A stretch of 64,000 nucleotides of DNA from Oculina patagonica. Taxonomy: Eukaryota. Shown piece by piece: positions 51,501 to 63,566 of this stretch. Made by a program: the position numbers and the translations under genes. The stretch spans positions 27,590,001 through 27,654,000 of the forward strand of contig NC_135763.1 of the NCBI RefSeq assembly GCF_052425735.1, given 5' to 3'. The notes beneath the pieces were generated by a model that did no database searches, had not been told where the DNA came from, and saw only the letters and a program-made list of their open reading frames with translations. Every line of letters starts with the position of its first letter. The first letter of the stretch is position 1.

Positions 51501-52619
51501 TTATGACAACATCAAAAGGAAGAGGCAGCAGGCCAAAGCAGCATTTGACAAGCATGCAACACCTCTGCCAGAGCTCCAAGTAGGAGAACCAGTACGGCTT
51601 CAGCCGACAAACCCGAAGGCTCCATGGGAGAAGGGATCATGTGTTGCAAAAGTCGGGCCACGCTCTTTCCTTATTGAAACAGAGAGCGGAGGCCTGCTCA
51701 GACGGAATCGTAAGTTCATCCGTCAAGATCCTAGTCAAGCACCAGTCATATCTGAGAACACCCATAGCAGTGCAAAGAACCAGACCTCTGCCGTTATGGA
51801 GTCACCACCTACCTGGGAAGATTCGTATGTGAAACAGTCACAGGCAATGACGCAGAGTTGTGAAAGCCCTCAGCCAAGGGTCACTACAGCAGAACATGCG
51901 GAGACTCTACAACCACAGCAGACCGTTACTAGGTGCGGGAGAACCAGTGTTCGCCCATCGAGACTCAAGGACTTTGTGACGTAGAGACAGTGAACTTTGG
52001 CGATGAACTCACGTTGAACTGAAAACATTGTTGAGTTTTAATCAAAAAAAAAAAAAAAAAAAAACAATCCTTCAGACATTTGTTCTTACGCTTTGAAGAC
52101 TGTGGACAGTTTCTTCTGATTATATGATTAACATTTTTGAGCTTGTTTGTATATTTTCCAGTTTTCTTTTCGTTGTATAAAAAGGGAGATGTTTGGGGGG
52201 AGCGGGGATGGCGCAGTGGTGAGAGCACTCGCCTCCCACCAATGTGGCCCGGGTTCGATTCCCGGACCCGGCGTCATATGTGGGTTGAGTTTGTTGTTGG
52301 TTCTCGTCCTCGCTCCGAGGGTTTTTCTTTGGGTTCTCCGGTTTTCCTCCCTCCGCAAAAATCAACACTACTAAATTCCAATTCGATCTGTACAGTCCTA
52401 CGTCTTATACATGAGCCTCTGGCTCGGACACTGAGGATAACCTCGTCCCGCGTATGGACTTAAAAATTGTATTTACATTTTTTTTTTTTTTACATATGAA
52501 GTACTTTGCAAGGGTCTCCCATGATCCTTGGCGGTCGTCATTAAACGCATGGCTTCGTTCTAGTGTGTGTGTTTTATGGTCAGTCGCCTCCACTCTTCGA
52601 GATTTCATAGCTTCAAACA
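48590..52619 (+). mobile_element. Decayed Ty3/Gypsy LTR retrotransposon (PR-RT-RNaseH-IN; gag and 5' LTR deleted; 3' LTR about 52190-52619)
   Basis: Protease LDTGATC; RT LDAKDGFHQ and IADGIL (second catalytic D lost); RNase H CDAS, RYAQIEKE, TDHKPL; integrase HSSH..CEVC, DLF, TDNGPQY, SNGKSE. Frameshifts near 49160, 49880 and 50260; TAG at 51253. PPT AAAAAGGGAGA then TG at 52190; CA at 52618-52619 where host homology resumes. Confidence 0.93.
52196..52465 (+). mobile_element. tRNA-derived SINE inserted in the Gypsy 3' LTR
   Basis: A box TGGCGCAGTGG (52209-52219), B box GGTTCGATTCC (52252-52262), then TGTGGGTTGAGTTTGTTGTTGGTTCTC...GGGTTCTCCGGTTTTCCTCCC SINE core. The 3' boundary is approximate. 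Confidence 0.88.
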
Positions 52620-52924
52620 GACTAGGCTCACTCATGCAGCTTTCACGAAATCAATTTAAATTGGCTGCTACATGTGTACGCAATTGTGGGAACGATCTTA
52701 CATGTACTTAACAATTGCGAATGTGTGCCTATTAAAATAAATTCACACGAGGCAAATTATTATTTTTGTTTTGTATTTGTTAGTAAGCAGACTAAGCTGG
52801 ACATTTTGAGAAGGAGGTGAAACTGTCAAAAAATAACCCCTTTTTTATTTATTTTGTTTGGAAAGTCCGCATGACAGTCTCAACAGCAGTTTTTTAGTTG
52901 ATTGTATTTCGGGCTATAGAGCAA

Positions 52925-53080
52925 ATAGGCTTCTTCCGATATATTAAAATTCAGCTTGTTAACGAGGCCTAGAGGACACAAACAAAATAAATTTTACAAG
53001 CATGTTTATTTATTACTTTTGTTTGTGTCCTCTAGACCTCGCTACCAAGCTGAATTTTGATATATCGAAAGTAGCCTGTT
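52925..53080. repeat. Palindromic MITE
   Basis: AGGCTTCTTCCGATATATTAAAATTCAGCTTG..GAGGACACAAACAAAA / TTTTGTTTGTGTCCTC..CAAGCTGAATTTTGATATATCGAAAGTAGCCT. Confidence 0.65.
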
Positions 53081-53621
53081 GCTCCTCCTGAGCACCTGTG
53101 GTGTAGACTATCCTTCAGGACAACAATAACTGAAAAAATAAAAAAATTTCAAATTTTTTTAGCAGTTATTTTTTTTCTAACAATCATAACGTTTCAAGGT
53201 TTGTCTACCAGTTCAAATCTCTCTAATACCGCATCTTAATTATAGCAAAACAAAGGCGTGACAACTTTTATGAAAAAAAAACAATGCCAACAAATCCAAA
53301 GATTATATCATATACTTCCAACACTTTTGAATAAACAGTTTTTATTATTTCAAAAGTTGGTAAACCCTGCAAAACAAACCCTTCAGAATCGCGATTGTTT
53401 TCGTGATTGCTTTTTTTGCTAGTTACCAAAGTTTTAAAATTTGAAACTTAAGTGGAACCACAAGCGTAACAAGTAGCATTACTGCAAAACTTTAGATATA
53501 AACGTAGCTTCACTTCTTTGTTTTGTTGTTGTTGTTGTTGCCGTTTCAATGTGTTTAAAGGACAACCTTCACCTGATATGCTTTGCGACCGTTTGTTTTT
53601 GTTTTGAAAAGTTTGCTCTTG

Positions 53622-54840
53622 TCGGGAGTTTAATTTAAAATGCTTATAGCAAGCTAGGGGCATCGTGGATGATTATGGATGAAAACGAAACAGTCATAAA
53701 TGTTATATGCTTCACAAAATTTAAAGTATGAACAGGAGTTGATGTTACTTCCTCCGTATTGTCCGTAAAAGCAGAAACGATTAAACATTTGGACAAGATT
53801 GCGTGACGATTTACAAAAAGCATGTTCATTACAACAAGGGTTGAAGAACTTCACATCGTTTTCTTTCAGATTTTTCACCATTTTGATGATGACTCTTGAA
53901 ACAGATTTTGCAATAAAAGCACTTGAAATAGTGACTGTTACTCCATTGTACTGTAAGCACTTAGTGACAGATTTTCCTAAAAACGGGTGTAAATGCTCAC
54001 GTCAATATAATGATGACCTTTTGAACGCTGGAAACTAGGCAATTATTATCGAGCTACCATACACAGGAGCGAAGACTGTTTATCATGATGTACAAATTTC
54101 GCGAATCATCACTTCCATATCAATGTAACCATTTTATGATTTTTCTAGCTGTAAGAAGAACTTAAGATCTCTGAGAGTCGTAAAAGCATGAAATTCGATT
54201 TCAGTGTATGACAAAGGCCGGGACAGTGTAATACTGCAAAGCGGCCAAACAAACGCATTTTGATTTAGTCGCGTTACTTGATTTACATTTATCCATGTAC
54301 ATCTTTTATTTTTGAAGGTTTTTGTTTGCACTGTAAAGAAAAAATTGGTCAAAATTCGAATGACTTAAATACAAAATACGAGGTAAAGTTTTCTATTTTT
54401 TAAAACAAAATAAATATTTGGTCGCATTGTGTAAATAAACGCGAGTCGCCGTCGAAATATTTTTTCTCAAAGACGTCTTGCTTTTTAAGCAAGACGAAAA
54501 CACAAGTGCTTAACTGAACTGAAAACTAAGATTTATTTTCACAAAAAGCTTACAAATGTCTTAACTGGAAAATTATTACGTCCTGTTCAAGTGTTCAATA
54601 ATCGTGACTTGAGAAAGAACTTTTAATTATGCGTGGGAACACGTGTCGCTGATTGGCTGTTTTTAATTGCAACTAATCGTGCGTGTCCGTACGGAGTCCG
54701 TTCTTGCAGCTGATCATTGTTTTCTACATTACAGCGAACGATTATCGATCCCGAACCATTCCCTTGGGATTGCTAACAGCTTTTTTCATATAACAAAGAG
54801 TCTAATGCGCATGCGCAAAGCGCACGCAAGCATTAGACTC
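53622..54840 (-). mobile_element. HINE family 1, copy 3 (3' ~100 bp missing)
   Basis: Near-identical to 29712-31450 without the L1 insert (single AATTATTATCGAGCT at 54041-54055). The 5' subTIR hairpin is intact at ~54798-54840. Confidence 0.8.
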
Positions 54841-56359
54841 AAAAATCGATTGTAAAACAGTCAAATCACTTTAATCGAAAAGTGCGTCAACTAGTTAGCT
54901 AAAAACAAGGATGGAAGAAGATTGAAGCAGCTCAACTCGCCCTTACATAAAATGGGGGTGGGGGGGGGGGGGGGGGGAATGCAACTTTCATATATGAAAA
55001 TTATCCCTTGGCACGCAATGCATCTGGGGTGAATGTGGGACAGTTACTTAGGAAGAGGATGAAAATGTATGAGTGACAAACAGACAAATAAAGAGAAGGT
55101 CTCTTTTTCTACTTGAATCACAACCATTGTACCTGGTGTTCGTTTGGTATCCACAAAGTCATGGCTCACAACCAAAAATAATAAAAAAAAGTGTCACAAA
55201 GTTGAATTGTTTTGAACTTCAGGCTTCGACTTTTTCATGGTCTAAGCTGCCCACTCTAGACGCACACGTTCCCATAAACGTCTTGGCCAGGTCTGATTTT
55301 GGATGTAAATGTACACATATAGGTCATAGGTTTTAATTTTAATAATACCGAAAAGTGATGGAATATGGTTGGGGGGGGGGGGGGGGGAGGTTAAAAGGAA
55401 CCCCCTAAGGTTTACGTTTAATCAACGCACAGCGAAATTATTAATTTTTGCTAAAAGCCGTTAGCCTACAGACGACATATTTTTGGGCGTTGTGATTGGT
55501 TACACGAGCAGCAAGATAGGCTCATCTTGGCCGATTGGGATTGTCCTAGATATTCCTGCAAATATTCTCATTATTCAAACTTGTCAATAAATTAATTTTA
55601 TCAATTTATTTTAACGTTTAATCTAATCTCGACAAAGAAGTTCTTGCGGTCGTTCGTGACTTAAACTGGAATCCTTCAGGTTACAATAAAAAAGTCATTT
55701 ATTTTTTAATTCATGGCTTTATTAAATTGTCCATATAATAAATCCGTGTTGGCCAAGCTTGCTCGGTCAAAATGGCGAGACATTGACTTTGGTTTTCTTT
55801 CTTTTTTTTCTTATTCTTTTTTGCGTCTGTTTATGGACCTTGCCTTCGTTTCGGTCCATAAACATGCAAAAAAATAGAAAAGGAATTTGGCCAAGATCTC
55901 ACCATCTTGACCGAACAAACTTGTTCAATAACATTTATTTGCTACACGTATGTTTCTTTACAATTAAATTTCTTTTCATCCTTACCTCAACTTGTGATAT
56001 TTTAGATACTAGACAAACTATTTGTCCGTTCTAAAAAAAGTGCTAGAATAAACTTGTTTGACTCATCCAGTAATCAAGAAGCATATACCGTCACTTAACG
56101 TGCAATCGGACTCGATTGGCGCCAAGTTAATCAAAACTGAACTCTTTTAACAACTTTGAAATTTAAAGAGCCTTTAATCCAGTATGTGATAAAAAAGTAA
56201 TAAAATTATTGTTACCAAAAGCCTAGAATTGTAACAAGTTACAAGTTATAAAACAACGAACATTGGTAACTTGTAATTTAAGCGTAAATGGAAGTGGAGA
56301 CAATTATGATACGACTAGGGCTACAATGCTAGAGTTTGGTAGACTTAACAATAACGCTC

Positions 56360-57785
56360 CTATTCTGCTCTCTGAACTTTCATACTTCTGATCAAGTGAT
56401 TTTCCAGAAACTTGCCCCTTGTTTCGGGTAGGAATTGAATGGTTCTGCATTCATCTGAAAGAGCTGGTTTTGACAGAAAAGGTATTAACATCGGTTTGTT
56501 GCTAAACTAACTCCGATATTGTCGAGTGTGTATATATTTGAGCAACTTTCAGCAAAAATTACCTTCGAGGTCTCTGCACTCAACGTTTTTTTCATTGCAG
56601 ACTTGCTAAAAATTCAAATTACCCAAACGTTTATACACAGTGTCCACACCCCTTTTTTTCCTACATCAGACACTCTCAGAGATCTTTAACATTAAAAAAC
56701 AGCAAAGTTCATGTTTACAACCAGGAATCAACAAGGACCATAACTTGTGGCCTTAGTTTTGCGAGCTCCATCTTTTTTATTCTATTTTTCCGTTGTGGGT
56801 ACCCATTTTCCCCCGAAAAAAACTCTACTATTCGCTGAGCAATTATTATTTGAAATTTTCATAAAGGCTTATATGCAATTTTATTACGATTATAAGACTC
56901 GACATTACGCACAGTAAACCAATTTGTTTTTTGTTTTGTTTTGTTTTTCTAACAAATTTAAAAGGTGAATAATGAATGAAGTTTTCTCAATGGGCGTCAA
57001 ATCAAATGTCAAAGAAACGTCCAAAAATTAATAAGCTACTTAAAAGTCCAAGCCCCGTAAGCGGACACCCTCACGGAAGCGAATCAAATGTCGTCCGTAA
57101 CTAAAGGTGTCTGCTTACGGGATTGATCATCGTAAGCAGCAACTAGTATAAGAGGATAGATGGTCGTTTATAAGAGCTCACACCGCTCACATTTAACGTC
57201 GTTAATGCAGGACAAAAAAGTATCGCCCTATTCAATGATTGTATGAACATGTAAGAGTTTTCTATGCGGTGTCCGCTTATGGGTGCTTCAAAAAAATAGG
57301 TTAAATCGTTCCCCTCCAAAATACCTGCCTTCGCTTACGGAAATGTGAAGATTCAGAGTTTGAAAGGGAGTTTAAACGGGGTTTTGTCCAGGTGGTCGTA
57401 AGTACATCTTTCTGCCTACGACAGTGAGAGGGTCTGTTAAGAGGGCTTCCACTGTTGTACCGTTGAAGTGAACGAATAATCGGATAATAAAAAAAAGTTC
57501 TTCGTTTTTACTGAAAGAAAATTAGCTGGAAACAAATCGATAACTTTTAAGGGTAAAAAATCGTCAGCTCGTTTCATACCAGTAAGCTGTGATAAAATTA
57601 ACAATTTGTTGCTTTCTGCACGACATGGAAAGTGTTAAAGATTGTAACTAAACGCTCGTGTTTTTTTTTTAGAGTAGTTGATTATAATCAAAAATTAAAA
57701 AACGTAAAATCGTGGCATAATTTCACTTACCTGCATTCACCGTAGCAATCAAGAGAAACAGCACATATGTCTTTAACTTTGACAT
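56360..57785 (-). pseudogene. Locus G: remnant class II gene (intact leader plus truncated PAN; EGF and CTLD exons absent)
   Basis: Exon 57731-57785 MSKLKTYVLFLLIATVNA (GTAAGT donor); exon from 56454 DECRTIQFLPETRGKFLENHLIRSMKVQRAE*. No EGF or CTLD exon seen before the intergenic block at ~55.3 kb. Confidence 0.8.
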
Positions 57786-60143
57786 TGTCCCCCGAAATAA
57801 CCTTTGGCATTGAAGCTTTTCATGGACCGGACAAGTAGACAGGATCAAGTCATTTAAAGACATGAATACAATTGATGATGTTTTTGTTAATGAGAAGATC
57901 AATAGGTTTTGCCACCTACAGTTGTCACCTGTCAAATGTTAAGAAAAAATTAAGAACCTCACGCAACTTGCCCGAAACAACTTCAAACGTTATTAAAGCT
58001 AGTTAGCACCTATTAAGTGACTGTATGATTCCACATTCCGAATCCAATTAGGTGATAGTAAACTGGGGATTTTTTTTTTCGAAATATGAAATAAATTAGA
58101 AGGTTTTATGTTTGTGTCCTATTTTGTCTTGCTTTGCTTTGTTTTGTTTTGCGTCGCCAGCCGTTTGGCTAGTGACACAACCAGGTTAGTGACGTAACGA
58201 GGCGTTTGAAAACCTAACTATAAATGGGTCAAATTCCTGCTGTTCGATTGTGTACTTAACAATGACAAAGGGAAATATAACAACGCTGGACGACTTTCGA
58301 GAAAGAAGAAAACGTGATAAAGATAGAATGTCTGGGGTTATTGGCGAAAGCAGATTGGCTGACCTTGAAAGTCGTTGCACGGTGATTTTGCTGCAACTGA
58401 GTAAACGGTCAGCTGATCGAGCTAGAGTTACAGTCGAGATTTTGTTTTCATCCGCCTGAATAGAAATGTTCTTGTTTAGCATTTATAATTAAGCAGCCTA
58501 AAGTGAAAGTTTTTAAAAAAGGTGAAACTGTCATTCAGAATATCCTTTAGATCAACAATAACTGAATCAAAGGTTTTAAATGAATTCAAATGTTTAAGCA
58601 GATAATTGTCTAAAAAGCATGATGTTTTAAGGTTTCTCTGCCTGTTCAAATGAATAGAATTCTGAATATAACAGAGAGCGAAACAAAGGTGAAAAATATC
58701 GAAGTTTCGAGGAGATTTTCTCCAAAATACAAAACATAGGCAAACACAGCAAGATAACCTTTCTTTATGTTTATTTTAACCCTTTTATTAATTATTATTT
58801 AAATCTTTTACCTTGGTGTTAAATTAAAATGAATAAATAAAACAAGAGTATTCTTACAAGCAAGATACATACTCATGAGTAAGGAATTTTCTTAAAGAGA
58901 TCCGATGTTGAAATATTGCTTATTCATTTGGTTAAATTCTCAGATCGCCCAAGTGCTTTATTATGACTTTCAACTTGAAAACCTATCTCGTTCAACACTG
59001 CTGTGGCTTGTTTTGTAACGCTTTTTTATTCCCCTCTATTGATAACCCACCGATATCCACCACTTACCACCCGACACTGAGGTGAATAGTTGTTTTAGTA
59101 TATATGAAAACAGTGAGATAATATAACTCAGAAAGGATAACTTCTAATTTATTTATTTCTGTTAACCATTACAGTTTTTGCACGCGAGTTGCTAGTAGGT
59201 GAATAACAAAGGATATCCCATGTTTGAGTAGCCAATCAACGCGCGCCAACAACGCTATCCACTGTTTTAGTATAAACTTAATTAATGGTTATATCTATTG
59301 GTAATGACTGCAATGTTAGCAATCTTACATATCAACGCTGTTGTCACGGCAACGTCCAAAAACGTGAGTAAAAAGTTGCCATATCAAAATGTCCCTGAAA
59401 GATGAATAAACTATTTTAAAAGCACTTTCAGAATCCCAGTGTAAAATTGCTTAGTTTCGGAAAAAAGGCTCAAAGGGACCATGGCACGGCAATTTTGCGG
59501 TTTTTTGTACTAAACTTTTTTGAAATAAGTGGTAGGCAACTTTGACCCATGAAAAACATTGTCATTGAACATTCAACAGAAGACATAACCTTTATTTGGG
59601 GATATAAATCAAACTTCGATTCGGCTATAAATATCGATTTTTTGAAGGCGCGCGGAAACAACTTGAAAACGTTGGCTACCGTTTTCAAATCGCAATCCAT
59701 TTCCATCCGAGCCATCCGCAGCCAAACGTGCCTTTAAACGGTTTTAGTGCTCTAAAATAGCAATTGTCAATAAAAAAGGACCATTAGTTTTAGGTTCCCT
59801 ACGACACAAGTATAAATTTAAAATATAAATTGAAATATAAAATCTGTTAAAATCCGTGACATAATCTCTTTTAGGTGGTGGTTGTGACAAAAACGTATTT
59901 AAAATTACAGACATAAGCTTATTTTAACCAGAGGGTGTCTATATTAGTGTAATAAAAAGACAAGTGGGTAAATGCGGCGATAAACTTATTAAATAATTAA
60001 AAAAATAAAAATGAAAAATAAGTTGTGAACCAGCAGGTGTATTAAGGATATCAAGCCTTGTAAGGATGGCATTGTACTCCAGTACAGAATCCTTTCCTTG
60101 CAGCACCTATTTAAGAGACGATATCCCCTCATACACCTTTTAC

Positions 60144-63100
60144 TTAAGGAGAAAACTTCTCACAAATATACCCAAGTGAGTAATCACATTTGAAATCATT
60201 CCACTCGCCATCAATATAACCATCAAAGTAATAGCTTCCCATCCGAAAAGACCCCTTCACTATATGACCACAATTCTGATTACCACTCAGGTCGTTAGGA
60301 TTATTACGTCCCCAGTTGGCGTAGTTTGCCAGTAAGCTGCCATTTGTCCACATCCACTTGCCTTCCTCATCCTGGTCACTCAGTCCGATCCAGTACGTCA
60401 CTGTAGATGCCGTGAGGAAGGTCCTTGTCAGGAAGTCGTTCTCCTCTGCTGATTCGATCTTTACCAGTTCTGCTCCAAGGCTCTTGCACTTTGCTGCTGC
60501 GTTGTTCCAGGTCTCTTTTGGCTCAGTGATTAACTTGTAACATGAACCACAAACAAGGGACCCTCTGCCGGGAATGAAGTCTAAAGGAAGAAAGAAGACG
60601 TCACATCTTCGTCACCTTATCTCAACACTTTGGTTGAATAACTTTTTCAGAGTATTTTTTTCGTAATGTGACTTTAAGAGTGAAAAAGGAAACACATTTT
60701 AATTTTTCTAAAAGAATAAAAAATACCTTCATTACACTGCTCCCCTCTATACCCATCACGGCAGTCGCATCTAAAGCCTTTGTCAGTGAACCCAACTTGG
60801 CATATAGCGTACTTCCCAGGACAAGGGTTGCCATGACAAAAATTCTAAATTAAAACAAAACAGAGAAAAAGATATTTCAAATAAGGCTATGGACCCCTTT
60901 TCCTAAAGTTTTAATTTTTTTTTTCACAACCATGCTATGGCATCAGTTTTTAACAAAATTTAAAGCATTGTCACTCCGGACTGGCAAGTCTTTAGAGGGA
61001 TATATAACATGTCTCATCACATTTCGAAAGTGATTTCTAAATTTCAACTTGAAAATATATAGCGTCTTGGTAAATTTACGTTTTGGAGATAGTTAGAATT
61101 CAACGTTTAGTTTTATGTCGTCGTCGTTGTTGCTGTTGTTGTCTCAGATACCATTTTTCGTTTTGCAGTTCAAGATATCGTGTATGCCCGTTGCTGCCGT
61201 TTGCCTACTACACTTGCTTCCAAGCGGCAAAGTTTGGGTTCATGCATGAAAAGATAGCCCGAAATCATATCAAGAGATACAAACTCAACCCCAGCTGATC
61301 ATACCTCAACAGCATGGTAAGTGTAACGCTGTCTCTCCACCAAGCCAAGGTGAGATGGACTTTCATCCGAGTCATCGTTCAACTCACAAATCTGCGTTAT
61401 TTCGTCAAATGGTCCCACGTTGATGGATTTACAATTTGGATCCAAATAGCACTTCACTCGGCAGCTCCCATAATCGGGCACTATTTCGGTTCTTATCACA
61501 TGACCTTCGAGTGCTTTGTCTGATACCGGTTCCTTAAACATTAAGACGCGGTCGTATTCCGCCGTGAGCACTGTAGAAAAAAATGTGTATATATGGTATC
61601 ACATTCTGTTAAAGTTTTTTAATTTTCTAACTTTTCACGTTTTGGAGTAGTTAGTAAGCAATATAAAATCTACTCAAACGTCTCTTTTAATCAATAAAGC
61701 CAACTACATGCTTGCTTTGCTAAACCGGTTATGATTCGCTTCTCTTCTGTCTTGTCTAGATCGTATCTCTTGTGCCTTAGGTGGCCAGAGTCGCAATGCC
61801 CGCTGACCACGCCAACCGAAATCTGCACCGGATCACAGAACATGAGTGACGATCGTTAAGCACGAGAGACTGGACCCGAGGCGACCACACTCGGGGTGCA
61901 CCTGAAACTGCCATCGAGGGATCGAGCACGATGATGGTGGGCGAAGTGTAGAGGCCACAAAGACCGCTATTAGAGTGCTAACGGTCAAAAATATGTTCTT
62001 GACATTGTAGTTGCATGGCAACGAATTGACGTTACAGTGACTCAATATGTTATAGTAAAACTACAAGGATGTAAAGTATACTAAAACAGGTGAGCAGCAG
62101 AATGCAAAGAGGGAATTCTAAACTATCACGAGCCACCTTAAGTAGGACGGTCTCTTCTTACAGTTGCCACCCAACGCAGCTTTGGCTTCAATAAAATGGA
62201 ATTCGATCATTTTCGTTTATTCCCAACCATTGGGTTTATAACGGGAAAACTAGGAACATCCTTTTAGAGCGTATAATTAAATGTTAAAGCAGTTTTAAAA
62301 GTTTCAAATTTCGATATTTGGTAGCCAAAAATGATAATCTAATGTCCTTCAAGTAATCTTTTAAGTGCTATCCTCTAAAAAAAGTGAATTAACGTGGCTC
62401 TAGCAAAGACGATTATTCTCGATATTTGCATCAGCCGAAAAATAAATAACTGAAAGCGTTTCTTAAATGTTGATTGTATTCCTTATATTTTAACCACGCA
62501 TAACGCATATGCAAAGGAAGGTTAACATTATCTAGCACCATCTGTATTATATTTACGACAACATTAACGACTGGCTTACCCAGATGTATATAAAGCCTCC
62601 TTGTGGTGTACGGAGCAAAAATGGTACTTTTGTTAAAAACATGCAGTCCCAAGTGTAAGTAAAGTAGGCAAAAATAATTTTCAATGACAATTGGCCAAAA
62701 GAAAGAACAAGAAGAAACGTTGGTTTGCTGCCTACTCCAAAATTTTCGACGTGCTAAAGAACAAAGAACAACGACAAAGCAACTACGGGTGTTTTCTTTG
62801 ATATCATTGTTTTATCACCCATAGCTTTGTTATGCACTACTTTCGAGAATAAATTTATAAATTCTCGGTTCGTTCATGTTTACATAGTTTATTATCATTT
62901 TTCAAGTTAAAATGGCTTAGCAATTTGAAATTAGTCAGTATCGTTTTTATCGTCGTCTATAAAACACATTTGTCGGTACGCAAACGATCTCGAATTTGAT
63001 CAGCTGGTGCTGTTAAGTTTATAATTCATAATTAATTAGCTTCTTTGCAGAATAAAATATTACCCTTTTTTACAAAAAAGATAACTTATCATACATGTAC

Positions 63101-63566
63101 GAAATAAAATGTCTGAATATTATCACAATTTATCCAGTATTTGACTTAAATCAATACCATTTGTTGACAAGTGCTCAGTTTAACGTCTAAAACAAGGCAT
63201 GTGATATAACATTTAATTGCATTGGTAAGTAATTAAAACTTTTTTTGAAAAGCTTCCCTAATTTTACCTGTTCAGAAATTGTAAAAAACGGTTACACTTG
63301 TTTAAGTTAGCTCGCATTATTGGTTTTTAGCGAGCCCGAGTTTTCTTTAGTGAAATTTATTAATCTATTAATCTAAAGCTTTTCAAAACCAAGTCGTAAA
63401 TATGTGTTTATTGGGTGTCTAATTTAATATTTTCGGCTATGAACAACATTGTAAATTTTCTTAACTTGAGTGTGTCAAATTAAGATCATAACTTACCACG
63501 ATACCCCAGGAAACTCAACCCTAGAGTTATCCAAGCGGGAAATGTTAACGCCTTGAAAAGGGCCAT
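60144..63566 (-). CDS. Locus H: secreted PAN(I)-EGF-C-type lectin, 296 aa, apparently intact
   Basis: Exons 63497-63566 (MALFKALTFPAWITLGLSFLGYR, homologous to the locus A leader), 61305-61570 (PAN I), 60727-60844 (NFCHGNPCPGKYAICQVGFTDKGFRCDCRDGYRGEQCNE), 60144-60580 (CTLD DFIPGRGSLVCGSCY...NPN...WND). Total 891 nt, in frame. Confidence 0.88.

Noticed and set aside
48747-51984. Active or domesticated pol gene
   Set aside because: Three frameshifts, a nonsense codon, a mutated RT DD motif and missing gag indicate neutral decay.
52196-52270. Possible tRNA gene
   Set aside because: A and B boxes run straight into a SINE core with no proper acceptor stem or terminator; it is a SINE head.
28237-54855. 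Identical short ORFs recurring three times (e.g. MVKNLKEND..., MRDDLQKAC...)
   Set aside because: They are chance ORFs within near-identical HINE copies, with no recognisable domain.
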